Positions 51,021-60,781 of a DNA stretch of 64,000 nucleotides are shown piece after piece (within the stretch, counting starts at the first letter, position 1; each line of letters begins with the position of its first letter). Below the pieces are notes generated by a model that saw only the letters and a program-made list of their open reading frames with translations, did no database searches and was not told the DNA's origin. The position numbers and the translations under genes are program-made. The stretch lies in contig JAZPXZ010000037.1 of the NCBI GenBank assembly GCA_045543915.1, positions 5,665-69,664 on the forward strand, in the 5' to 3' direction. The DNA comes from Wujia sp. GTDB lineage: Bacteria > Bacillota > Clostridia > Lachnospirales > Lachnospiraceae.

Positions 51021-52187
51021 ATGAAGATAATATATTGTCTATACGGAAGTATATGCGAAGACGGAATAATGAATGCTTTCAAGCGTTTAAACCATGAAAT
51101 TGTAGAATTTAATAAAATTTTTAACAGCGTTGACTATGACAAGGAATACCTTAAATCCTTAGCTGATTGCATCCACAAGCATCCTGAGGCTGCTTGTGTT
51201 TTTTCAGTAAATTTCATACCAATAGTTGCCCGTTGCTGTAAGGTATTTAAAATACCTTATATATCCTGGACTGTAGATTGCCCCAGCTTTCAGCTATACT
51301 CTAAAACAATCGAATATCCTACAAATCGATTATTTATGTTAGACAGACTACAGGCAGAAAAGTTTGCGCCCTTAAATCCAGGTAATGTCTTTCACTTACC
51401 TATGGCTTGCGACTTGGCAACATGGGATAGCGTAAAGATTACTCCGGACGACCATAAGGAATATGACTGTGATATATCATTTATCGGTTCTCTGTACTCC
51501 GAAAAATGTAAATACAATTTTATCGAAAAGGATTTACCTGACTACATGCAGGGATATGTAAAGGGATTAATAGATGCTCAGCTAAATGTATATGGATATA
51601 ACTTTATAGAAGATTCTATCAGCCATGATTGGGCTATGGATTTCAAAAAATATGTTGGCTGGGTTCCCCTTGGTGAAGATTATATAGAAGACATCAAGGG
51701 CATCGTCTCCGATGTGTATATTGGAGAAAAATGCACCGAACAAGACCGCATACGAACTCTTAAAGCCGTCAGCGAAAAATTCAATATGGATTTATACACA
51801 TTAAGCGACACCTCCATGCTACCAAAAATAAATAATCGTGGCGGTGCTGATTCAAATCGTATGCAACCAAGAATATTTAAGTGCAGCAAAATAAACCTAA
51901 GTATGACAAACAGACCATTTAAGTCTGGAATACCCCTTCGAGTTTTCGACATAATGGGTGCTGGTGGCTTCCTTATATCAAACTACCAGCCCGAATTAGC
52001 AGAGTTATTTATTCCTGGAGAAGATATCGTGTTGTATGACAGTATTCCTGACCTGCTTTCTAAGATAGAATACTATCTAGAGCATGAAGATGAGAGGATC
52101 CAAATTGCAAAAAATGGCTACGAAAAGGTTAAAGAACTACATAGCTACGATGTAAGACTTACAGAGATTTTGAATCTATCATTATAA
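51021..52187 (+). CDS. DUF3880 / CgeB-like glycosyltransferase (GT-B, Glyco_trans_1_2 type)
   Basis: SWTVDCP, DISFIGSLY, SKINL, RVFDIMGAGGFLISNYQ; RBS AAGGAG before ATG 51021. Confidence 0.8.
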   Translation: MKIIYCLYGSICEDGIMNAFKRLNHEIVEFNKIFNSVDYDKEYLKSLADCIHKHPEAACVFSVNFIPIVARCCKVFKIPYISWTVDCPSFQLYSKTIEYPTNRLFMLDRLQAEKFAPLNPGNVFHLPMACDLATWDSVKITPDDHKEYDCDISFIGSLYSEKCKYNFIEKDLPDYMQGYVKGLIDAQLNVYGYNFIEDSISHDWAMDFKKYVGWVPLGEDYIEDIKGIVSDVYIGEKCTEQDRIRTLKAVSEKFNMDLYTLSDTSMLPKINNRGGADSNRMQPRIFKCSKINLSMTNRPFKSGIPLRVFDIMGAGGFLISNYQPELAELFIPGEDIVLYDSIPDLLSKIEYYLEHEDERIQIAKNGYEKVKELHSYDVRLTEILNLSL

Positions 52188-52192
52188 ACATA

Positions 52193-52242
52193 AAAACAGA
52201 AGGCTCTATTTGAATTAATCCCAAATTTGAGCCTTCTGTTTT
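52193..52242. terminator. Bidirectional terminator
   Basis: AAAACAGAAGGCTC...GAGCCTTCTGTTTT between convergent genes. Confidence 0.8.
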
Positions 52243-52741
52243 ATAATATACTCTCTAAGGTTCCCACTACCTTCACCTTGTCATAGGAGGATATAAAAAC
52301 AATATACTCTAAAGCCGGCATGGATATATTTTTTTCATGCAAAAGATATACTAGCGCCTCTCCTGCTTCATTGCTTCTTAAAAATTCCATCTCCCACAAC
52401 AAGAATTTTATCTGTCGAATGGTTGCTATAATTTCATCTAAATTATCGCCCCATTTAAATATCACATTCTCAATTCCAGCATTCTTCTCTGCACTATAGA
52501 TATCTAGCATTATCATAACAAAGGCAATATCACCTTCCTCACTTAAGGCTTTTACCATTTCTTCATCCTGGAAATAATCTTCCAACTCTTTTATGTGAGC
52601 ATAATCTTTTTTCTGCAAGGCACAATTTGTCAGCTCTATTGCTTTATCCCGTTTTCCTCCATATTGCTCTTCCCAAAGTAATCTTTCCTTTTCTTCCTGC
52701 AATATGTATTCTTCTGTTTGAATCTTCTGTTCATCAATCAT
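52241..52741 (-). CDS. Hypothetical acidic helical protein of the glycosylation locus
   Basis: ORF translationally coupled to the upstream GT gene. Confidence 0.6.
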   Translation of the reverse strand: MIDEQKIQTEEYILQEEKERLLWEEQYGGKRDKAIELTNCALQKKDYAHIKELEDYFQDEEMVKALSEEGDIAFVMIMLDIYSAEKNAGIENVIFKWGDNLDEIIATIRQIKFLLWEMEFLRSNEAGEALVYLLHEKNISMPALEYIVFISSYDKVKVVGTLESIL

Positions 52742-53387
52742 TAAAATACTCCTTTATGAGTTTTCGCCTCTCGCCGTAATAATTTGTCAAGTCCATCAAG
52801 CCATCATCATGTATGCACCATGGTTTTATCATATTGGGAACTACAACCTTATATCCCGCCCTTATGAATTCTAAGCTTTGTGATACATCATAGAAATCCC
52901 ACTTATCAAATATATCATCTCTCCAAGGCAAATCATATTGAGTTGCCATCAAAAGTCCATCCACCGCCTGAACCTGGCAATAATCACCTTCAACCTCACC
53001 AAAATCAATCATGTTGGTAGAATATATATTGTTTGCAAATATTTTGCCAACTCTATACCCCTTCCACATAACCTTATTCTCGGGCAGCCTAGGGCTTCCA
53101 ACCATGCCAATCATTCCAATGTTTTCATCTTGAAATATCTTAATCAATTTGTGAATAAAATACTTTTCGATAATCATCACATCCTGATGCAAATATACCT
53201 TATATTTTGCATCTGTGGCATTCATGCCCTCATTATAACCAGAGGTCATACTGTCAGCTTCTTTTATGGTTAACACTTCCACCGTATATCCCCTTGGAAC
53301 ATTTAAATTGTTAATATAGTATATTGCTTCTTCAGCATACTGCATATTATTAGTACACATTATAAAGCATATTTTATTTTGGTCCAT
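52734..53387 (-). CDS. GT-A (GT2-like, StrF-type) glycosyltransferase family protein
   Basis: SMTSGYNEGM, VYLHQDV, VQAVDGLLMAT, WDFYDVSQSLEF. Confidence 0.8.
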   Translation of the reverse strand: MDQNKICFIMCTNNMQYAEEAIYYINNLNVPRGYTVEVLTIKEADSMTSGYNEGMNATDAKYKVYLHQDVMIIEKYFIHKLIKIFQDENIGMIGMVGSPRLPENKVMWKGYRVGKIFANNIYSTNMIDFGEVEGDYCQVQAVDGLLMATQYDLPWRDDIFDKWDFYDVSQSLEFIRAGYKVVVPNMIKPWCIHDDGLMDLTNYYGERRKLIKEYFND

Positions 53388-53415
53388 AATTATACCTCAT
53401 CATACAAGCATAGCT

Positions 53416-54594
53416 TTACATACCATTTTGATGCATATAAACAATATCCTTAAGTCTATTTCCCCATGTGCATCTTTGACTTGCCACCTTATAACCATTT
53501 TCCGCTATAAACTTAGAAACATCCGGATGGTCCAACAAGAATTTCACATCATAAGCCATCTGCAAAGGATTATTTAAATCAAAAAACACTATATTTTCCC
53601 CATCGGTAAATATATCTTCCAAAACAGAGCTTTTATCACTGACACACACTGCCTTACTAAGCATAGCATTGTATACTCTCTCAGTTGTCCCTTCCTTAAA
53701 CCAAGGCATAAAGTTCAAACATATTTTTGCATTACCTGCCATATAATTACACTCTCTGGAGGTTACTCTGCTGTGCAATCTGATATTTGGTCCATACTGA
53801 TACTCATCGTCTTCCCAATTCTTACCATATACATCCACAGTTATCCCCAGCTTATCTAATTCCCTCATGCCCAACTGTTTATAATACCTTCTAATATAAT
53901 TTTCTATATGTGGAGAAGCTATATTATAAACATAACAAAATCCTTCTAGGCTATATTCCTCTCCTGATTCTTCTAATTGCAAACGAATCGCAGCTTCTGT
54001 AGTTAAGCTACAATCAACTAGCATCCTTTGTATGGCACCGCCATATAATTCCTTTCCTCCGTCTTCAAATCCTTCCAATACAGGAAAGTCGGTTATCTTC
54101 TGCTGGCAGTCCCCCACATATAATACCTGATACCTTCGTGAATCATAATCCAGCACATCCTCTTGGGCACCTCCATGCCCCAGAAAAGTCACTTTATTAA
54201 CTTTTGGATAAAACTCCTTAATATATCTAACATGGTCCTTATCTATGCATAGCACATTCAAGCTTGCTAAGGGTTCTATAAATGCACCTCTGAAATTTCG
54301 GGGATGGTCTACCAGTATATCGTAGATTTGAACATTATTTTTCTCCCATACATTTTCTTCTTGGGAATTAACTAAATTGATTCCAATCTGATTAAAGGTA
54401 ATTAATATACAGTTATCCTGCTTTATAAATTCATAAAATTCTGCAGAAGAATAGCTCTCACCATATTTTGTGTCCGCTACATAGCAATCAATGTCATTTG
54501 CCATAGCAGCATTCACTAGCTTTTCTATAAAATAGTCCAAGGTTTCAAGAATCCCCTTAAAAAACACTATATGTATCTGTTTGCTATTATCCAT
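53416..54594 (-). CDS. CgeB-like glycosyltransferase
   Basis: ILVDHP, AKICLNFMPWFKEGTTERVYNAMLS, ENGY motifs. Confidence 0.75.
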   Translation of the reverse strand: MDNSKQIHIVFFKGILETLDYFIEKLVNAAMANDIDCYVADTKYGESYSSAEFYEFIKQDNCILITFNQIGINLVNSQEENVWEKNNVQIYDILVDHPRNFRGAFIEPLASLNVLCIDKDHVRYIKEFYPKVNKVTFLGHGGAQEDVLDYDSRRYQVLYVGDCQQKITDFPVLEGFEDGGKELYGGAIQRMLVDCSLTTEAAIRLQLEESGEEYSLEGFCYVYNIASPHIENYIRRYYKQLGMRELDKLGITVDVYGKNWEDDEYQYGPNIRLHSRVTSRECNYMAGNAKICLNFMPWFKEGTTERVYNAMLSKAVCVSDKSSVLEDIFTDGENIVFFDLNNPLQMAYDVKFLLDHPDVSKFIAENGYKVASQRCTWGNRLKDIVYMHQNGM

Positions 54595-54605
54595 ACATAC
54601 TCCCT

Positions 54606-56495
54606 CTAGTATAATCTTGCGATTACCTGATTTTCATACACAGGATCATCAATCTCCTCTACTTGGTCTCCGCCATTAAATTCATTATTATACTTATTCT
54701 TTATCTCTACTCGTCTTCCCTCTCCCTTTAGCATCCACTCATACTCCAAGTCAATATGCCCTAAATCTAATGCTTGGAAACCAGCTTTAGCCAAATCATA
54801 GGCAAGTACAGTTGCAGTAGCACCCAATGATATAATAATTAACTGGTCCTTATCTAATTTTAGCGCTTCGCCTAAAATATCATCATATCTATCAAATGCA
54901 TTGACTGCCGGTCCTAAAATTCTCTTTATCTCAGCAGCATCCTCAAACAAATCATTGCCAACACCCATTCTAGTCTGATGTCCCTCGATAATCACAATAT
55001 CTCTACCTGCCCATATTTGTTTTAATCGTTGGAATCTCTTAGCCGGTGCGTCAGTCATATTATCAGCTCTGTCAACATAAGGTCTGGACATATATGCATC
55101 ATAGTATTTCCTCTCAAAGTCAAGTACTGAATAATGCTTTTTACGAGTTTCCTCTGTCATATATGCTCTAATGTTATATCTACTGAATAAATTGTACCTA
55201 GTTAAATCTCCATAATTATCAGCAATAGCCACAAGAATATCTTCATCCCTGGACTCAAGCACCTCTTTTAGTCTAATTCCAAGCTTTGGATTTGGCTCTT
55301 GGAAGGCCTGTCTATCTTCACCCAAAATTACTGATATCTCTCCATCGCCAAACCTACATATGGATTTTCCTTCACGGATAATTTTTTCTACCGTTTCATC
55401 CTCAGAGGCAATAATAGGATACAATGGTCTTTCTTCGTCAGCAAAAATCTCATATCGCACATTTTCCATAGCATGATTAATAGAATATTGAATCATGGAA
55501 AACTCTTCAAACTGACTATAAATGTTATTAATATGTTTATCCACTACCTCTTTAAATTTTCTAAATACATCTATAGTAATATAGTTTTTCGCATCTCGAT
55601 TTACAGGTTTCTCCTCTTTCTTATCAGGCTGTAACATATCCCCTTGTGTTTCCATATTCATCCTAGTGTTTAGTATTATTGGCATTTCAAACAACTCAGC
55701 CATATCCAAATATTTTAGGTTGCCATCACCGCTGCTAGTTATATACCCATCAACCTGTCCCATAAGACCTCTTGGGTCTTGAAGCTTGTCAACATACAAA
55801 TTCACATAGCAATTTGCTGCTTCGTATTTTGCAAATTCTATATTAAGTAGCTCTAAATTATTGTTTAAATCAGCATCATCCTCAACATATATAAGTAGCT
55901 CATGATTTGTATCACTGTAATTTTCAACAAACCCTTCAATTACATCAGGATAGGACGGCTCTTCCACATCAAAGTCTGGTACATAAAGCAGTATCTTTTC
56001 TTCTCCATGATTAGACTTTTCTATGTAACTTACTTCTGCCGGAGTAATTCTCTGTATATCATCTACTGCTAGTTTTATATTGTTTTCGATGAACAGATTT
56101 GTATCTACCTCTGTCAGCTTTTCCTTCACCTTGTCATCATCCCAATTCCACCAACGAATTAAGTTTAATGCTCTTATGTCATTTTCTCCATATCTATAGC
56201 CAATAATCTTGGCTGGGTTTCCTGCCACAATGGCATAAGGAGGAACAGATTTAGTCACCACTGCACCTGCCATTATGTATGCTCCACTTCCGATAATAAT
56301 ATTTCCTCTCAGAACCACATTGTCCTCTACACAACAATCATTCATAATGATTATCTGTCCTCCAAATTTATTTGGTCCTAAGGTAAGAGATATGGTATTT
56401 CTGCGAGTTACATCAGGACAAAATGTCACCTTGTCCGAAACAATAGAATATTTACCTATTTGAATATCATATTTCCAATTATTGTATACCTTCAT
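54606..56495 (-). CDS. Fusion: hexapeptide (LbH, Vat/CatB-like) acetyltransferase + central domain + GT-D fold (DUF1792-type) glycosyltransferase
   Basis: N-terminus IGSGAYIMAGAVVTKSVPPYAIVAGNPAKIIGYR..WWNW; C-terminus SICRFGDGE, IIEGHQTRMGVGNDLF, LGATATVLAYDL, DLGHIDLEYEW. Confidence 0.8.
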   Translation of the reverse strand: MKVYNNWKYDIQIGKYSIVSDKVTFCPDVTRRNTISLTLGPNKFGGQIIIMNDCCVEDNVVLRGNIIIGSGAYIMAGAVVTKSVPPYAIVAGNPAKIIGYRYGENDIRALNLIRWWNWDDDKVKEKLTEVDTNLFIENNIKLAVDDIQRITPAEVSYIEKSNHGEEKILLYVPDFDVEEPSYPDVIEGFVENYSDTNHELLIYVEDDADLNNNLELLNIEFAKYEAANCYVNLYVDKLQDPRGLMGQVDGYITSSGDGNLKYLDMAELFEMPIILNTRMNMETQGDMLQPDKKEEKPVNRDAKNYITIDVFRKFKEVVDKHINNIYSQFEEFSMIQYSINHAMENVRYEIFADEERPLYPIIASEDETVEKIIREGKSICRFGDGEISVILGEDRQAFQEPNPKLGIRLKEVLESRDEDILVAIADNYGDLTRYNLFSRYNIRAYMTEETRKKHYSVLDFERKYYDAYMSRPYVDRADNMTDAPAKRFQRLKQIWAGRDIVIIEGHQTRMGVGNDLFEDAAEIKRILGPAVNAFDRYDDILGEALKLDKDQLIIISLGATATVLAYDLAKAGFQALDLGHIDLEYEWMLKGEGRRVEIKNKYNNEFNGGDQVEEIDDPVYENQVIARLY

Positions 56496-56529
56496 TGCTA
56501 CCCCCGTTTATATACATTACTATGGAGAT

Positions 56530-56558
56530 ATTATAATCCATACAAAAATTCTCTTCAA
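56530..56558 (-). promoter_or_regulatory. SigA promoter of the 56495-52241 operon
   Basis: TTGAAG-17bp-TATAAT. Confidence 0.6.
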
Positions 56559-56667
56559 TACGAAGGATGCAATATATGTAATTTCCTGTATAAAAAACAA
56601 CTATTTTCTTGACATATATCCTAAGGTAGCAGAAAATGAAATTATGATAATTAAAATGAGGTAGACT

Positions 56668-57831
56668 ATGAAAATTATATTTTGCACTTGGGGAAGCCTA
56701 TGCGAACCCGGAATGAAAAAAGCCATAGAAAATTCTTGTCATGAGCTGGTACTATTCGACAAGATGTATACTGACTCAAACTACGATAAAGATTATCTTC
56801 TTTCCCTAGCTGACAAAATCAAAAATACACCTGATGCCAGTTGTGTGCTTTCTATTAACTACACACCTATAATTGCAAGAGCCTGTAAGCCTTTTAAAAT
56901 ACCATATATTTCATACACGGCTGATTGTCCTTGCTCTAATCTCTACTCTAAAACTATAGAGTACGACACCAATCGAATTTTCCTGTTTGACAAAATACAA
57001 ACAGAAAAGTTCCTACCTCATAATCCTGGCAATATCCACCACCTGCCCTTGGCAACGGACACAGCTTATTGGGATAGCATCTGTGTGAATCATGAAGATA
57101 TAGAAAAATATAGCTGTGATATTTCCTTTGTAGGCTCTCTATACTCTGAAATGTGCCCTTATAACAAAATAGAGCACAAATTATCTGATATGACTCGCGG
57201 TTATGTGGACGGACTAATTGCAGCCCAGCAAAATGTATATGGATATTACTTTATAGAGGAGGCAATCACTGATGCTTGGGCAAAAGAATTCCAGATGGAA
57301 GCTCAGCTATCAGATATAGCCGAAGATTATATTAGTGACATAAGAGGTATAATCGCAGACAACTACATAGGCTACAAATGCACTGAACAAGACCGAATTA
57401 ACACAATTAGAGCAATCAGCCAGCAATTCAATTTAGACCTATGGACTCTAAGCGACACAGCACCTGTACCTATGGCCAATCACAGGGGACCTGCCGATTC
57501 CGGCATAGATATGCCGAGAATTTTCAAGTGTAGCAAAATCAATCTAAATATGACCAACAAAGCTATGCGTTCAGGAATACCTCTCAGGATATTTGACATT
57601 TTAGGTTGTGGCGGATTTCTTATATCTAATTTCCAGCCTGAGATATTAGATTATTTCATCCCTGGAGAAGATATTGTGCTATATGACAGTATCCCAGATT
57701 TGCTAGAGAAAATTAGGTACTATCTGGAACATGATGATGAAAGAACCAGGATTGCTAAAAATGGATACGAGAGAGTTAAACATTATCATAATTATAAGCA
57801 CAGACTTGATATTATGATGGATACAATATAA
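56668..57831 (+). CDS. DUF3880 / CgeB-like glycosyltransferase (paralogue of 51021-52187)
   Basis: SYTADCP, DISFVGSLY, RIFDILGCGGFLISNFQ. Confidence 0.8.
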   Translation: MKIIFCTWGSLCEPGMKKAIENSCHELVLFDKMYTDSNYDKDYLLSLADKIKNTPDASCVLSINYTPIIARACKPFKIPYISYTADCPCSNLYSKTIEYDTNRIFLFDKIQTEKFLPHNPGNIHHLPLATDTAYWDSICVNHEDIEKYSCDISFVGSLYSEMCPYNKIEHKLSDMTRGYVDGLIAAQQNVYGYYFIEEAITDAWAKEFQMEAQLSDIAEDYISDIRGIIADNYIGYKCTEQDRINTIRAISQQFNLDLWTLSDTAPVPMANHRGPADSGIDMPRIFKCSKINLNMTNKAMRSGIPLRIFDILGCGGFLISNFQPEILDYFIPGEDIVLYDSIPDLLEKIRYYLEHDDERTRIAKNGYERVKHYHNYKHRLDIMMDTI

Positions 57832-57848
57832 CAACAGGAGGCTAGACT

Positions 57849-58919
57849 ATGGAGCAACAAATTTTTTCTCAAAAATCATCTGATTTAAGCAACACAATCA
57901 AACAACTTAAACGACGTAATAATCCAGTTTACATATATGGAAAGGATGCCACCGCTATGCGTGTATATAAATCTTTAACAGATAATGGCATCTCCATAAA
58001 AGGTTTTTTCGTAGATGATAAATATTTTACTAAAGAGCAGGAAGCTATACCAGTGTATAGATTCTCCGAGATAAGTAGTCTTTCTAGAGTTGATATAGTA
58101 ATAGGCTTTTATCAATTTGGACTTGCTTATCAGAAAATATCTCAGGGCTTACTTTCATTTGCAGATGAGATTTACTTTGTTAATCCGGAGCCCCTTTTCG
58201 ATTACAATTATTACCTAGAGAATAAAGATTTATTTGAGGAAACCTACGATTTACTGAAGGACTCATTATCAAAAGAGACTATGGCAGCATATATGGATGG
58301 TAGAATGAATGGTGTTATGCGTCCTTTATACCATTGCTATACACCTAATCAATATTTTATTCCTGAAGTAAAATTAGGTAAGAATGAAATATTTATGGAT
58401 TGTGGAATGTATGATGGTGATACGATAGTAGAATTTATGTCTCGCTGCGATGGCTTTGATACAATTATAGGATTCGAACCAGATATGGAGAATATTAATA
58501 AATTCAATCAGCGAAACCTTGAAGGCAATATTAAAGTAATCAACAAAGGCGTATGGTCAAAAGATGACATTCTATGTTTTAAATCTGAGGGGACTACAGC
58601 ATCTAAGTTTTCTGATGATGGAGATATAAAAATACATGTAACGAGCATCGACTCTCTTCAATTAGAGAGACCTGTTACCTTTATTAAGATGGATATCGAG
58701 GGTAGTGAATTAGAGGCGCTACACGGCGCAAAAAATACCATAATCAGAGATTGTCCTACACTTGCTATCTGTGTATATCACAAAAAAGAAGACCTAATTA
58801 CCATACCACAATTTATTAAGTCAATAGCCCCTGATAATTGCAACTATACATTCTACCTTAGACATCATTCACTGTATGAACACGAAACAGTTCTATACGC
58901 AATTCCATCAGAAAAGTAA
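57849..58919 (+). CDS. FkbM-family methyltransferase
   Basis: FMDCGMYDGDT, GFEPD, FIKMDIEGSELEAL.GA, LAICVYHK. Confidence 0.88.
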   Translation: MEQQIFSQKSSDLSNTIKQLKRRNNPVYIYGKDATAMRVYKSLTDNGISIKGFFVDDKYFTKEQEAIPVYRFSEISSLSRVDIVIGFYQFGLAYQKISQGLLSFADEIYFVNPEPLFDYNYYLENKDLFEETYDLLKDSLSKETMAAYMDGRMNGVMRPLYHCYTPNQYFIPEVKLGKNEIFMDCGMYDGDTIVEFMSRCDGFDTIIGFEPDMENINKFNQRNLEGNIKVINKGVWSKDDILCFKSEGTTASKFSDDGDIKIHVTSIDSLQLERPVTFIKMDIEGSELEALHGAKNTIIRDCPTLAICVYHKKEDLITIPQFIKSIAPDNCNYTFYLRHHSLYEHETVLYAIPSEK

Positions 58920-58921
58920 TC

Positions 58922-58961
58922 AAAAAGCAAATGGTTTCCTCTCGGAAATCATTTGCTTTTT
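58922..58961. terminator. Bidirectional terminator
   Basis: AAAAAGCAAATG...CATTTGCTTTTT between convergent genes. Confidence 0.8.
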
Positions 58962-58963
58962 TC

Positions 58964-59620
58964 TTACAAAAAATCCGTACCCGTTTTTCCTTCTAATATA
59001 TTTCCCTTGGCAGCTACAACCACTTTCTCTTGTGTGGTGTCTTTGTATACATACGCTCCTGCACCTATAAGATTCTTATCTCCAATGCTTATCTTTTCTT
59101 TAGTAAAGGAATTGTTACCAAAAAAATTCTGATTACCTATACCAACATGCCCTGCCACCGATGATGATATTCCAAAAAAATTAAAATTTCCCACATTAGA
59201 ATGATGCGCCACCATAGCTTTCGTATAGAATATATTTCCATTACCCAGCTTAGAAAACATACCTATATAGGCTTGCTCAAATATAATATTTCCTTCTCCA
59301 ACTTCTGTTGCTTCAACCAGAGCAGATTTGTGAATATAGCTGTTTAATGCATATCCTTTACTTTGAATATCATAATATTTTACTTTACGGTGTTCATTCA
59401 TTCCACTATATCCAATACATAGATAAATCCCTATTTCTTCCCTTGGAAAAAATTCCTCAATAGTTTCATATTCATACACAGGTAATCCAAACTTTGTATC
59501 TATGGTTTTATATTCTTTATCTACAATAAACCCATCCAAGGAAATACCTTCTGAGCTCAGCAGGTACCATAGATTTTCTGCTAAATCAGTCAGTCCAAAT
59601 ATAAAATTATGTTTTTTCAA
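58964..59620 (-). CDS. PglD/NeuD-like sugar N/O-acyltransferase (LbH)
   Basis: LCIGY, YIHKSALV, hexapeptide repeats IGxGNxIG. Confidence 0.8.
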   Translation of the reverse strand: MKKHNFIFGLTDLAENLWYLLSSEGISLDGFIVDKEYKTIDTKFGLPVYEYETIEEFFPREEIGIYLCIGYSGMNEHRKVKYYDIQSKGYALNSYIHKSALVEATEVGEGNIIFEQAYIGMFSKLGNGNIFYTKAMVAHHSNVGNFNFFGISSSVAGHVGIGNQNFFGNNSFTKEKISIGDKNLIGAGAYVYKDTTQEKVVVAAKGNILEGKTGTDFL

Positions 59621-59644
59621 CTTGGTATTCCCCCTTCTTTTATA

Positions 59645-60781
59645 TTATTCCGGAAGATACTTGTATATTTCGTCAGAATCCTCACTTGCCATAACAAAAT
59701 ATCCGAATCTATTTGAGCTATCTGTCACCTCACCATTTGCATGGTAATTTATACTTTCATCCACCAGCAATTCAGGGTGACAAGTCTTTACTTCCTTGTA
59801 CACATCTATGTCTTTACTATCAAAAATGAATCTAACTCCTGCAAATTGTTTTTTTGATATTTCGAAAGGCGCTGGCTCTACTCCTAAAGCAATATCTATA
59901 ACTGCTTTTACATAATCATATCCTGTCGATAGCTCAACTAAACTGCTGCCTATGAAATCCCCGCCCATGCGACCTCCAATTTCAATTACATTGACTAATC
60001 CATCTTCAGTAATCTTTATTTCACAATGGGACGCTCCATATTCTATGCCAAGAGCATCTAGGGCATCATACACAACCTTCAACACCTTGTCGTATAGTGC
60101 TTTATCAAGGCTAGGTGATTCAAAATGACCAGTTTCTATAAAGCTTGGAGCACCTGTTGTATACTTCTTCGTTATGGCCAACACAGTATGCTTGCCTCTC
60201 CAAGACAGGCCTTCCACGCTGTATTCCTGTCCCGAAACATATTCTTCCACCAATGCTTGTTTTATAAAGCCTGATTTTTTTGCGTTTTCGATGGCGTTTT
60301 CCAATCCATTTGAATCTATCAGCTTTGTTATACCTCTACTGCCAGAGCGATCCAGAGGTTTCACAATAATTGGATACTCTAATTCCATACCCGATAAATC
60401 CTCTATACCACTTACCAGTATGCTCTTGGGAGATGGAATTTGATTAGCAAAAAAACACTCTCGCATCTTATTTTTGTTTGTAGACATTAGGGTACACTCT
60501 AAAGAATTACCTACAAGTCCCATATGATAAGCCACATAGTTTACTGTAACTATTGCCAAATCTGATGCAATACTACAAATACCATCTATGCCTATCTCCA
60601 AACATTTTAATAGGATTTCATCCTTTTCTACTATGCTTATGTCATAGAAATAATCCGCAGTTTTCTCACCTATATCGTCGGCCTTCCACGCAAAAACATG
60701 AGTTTCTATACCCATCTTTTTTGCCTTCTCAATTATTGGATTTTGCAGATAGGATGCTCCAATTATGGCTAACTTTTTCAT
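59645..60781 (-). CDS. ATP-grasp domain protein
   Basis: IVKPLDRSGSRG, LVEEYVSGQEYSVE, IEIGGRMGG; ATGA overlap with the upstream gene. Confidence 0.85.
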   Translation of the reverse strand: MKKLAIIGASYLQNPIIEKAKKMGIETHVFAWKADDIGEKTADYFYDISIVEKDEILLKCLEIGIDGICSIASDLAIVTVNYVAYHMGLVGNSLECTLMSTNKNKMRECFFANQIPSPKSILVSGIEDLSGMELEYPIIVKPLDRSGSRGITKLIDSNGLENAIENAKKSGFIKQALVEEYVSGQEYSVEGLSWRGKHTVLAITKKYTTGAPSFIETGHFESPSLDKALYDKVLKVVYDALDALGIEYGASHCEIKITEDGLVNVIEIGGRMGGDFIGSSLVELSTGYDYVKAVIDIALGVEPAPFEISKKQFAGVRFIFDSKDIDVYKEVKTCHPELLVDESINYHANGEVTDSSNRFGYFVMASEDSDEIYKYLPE

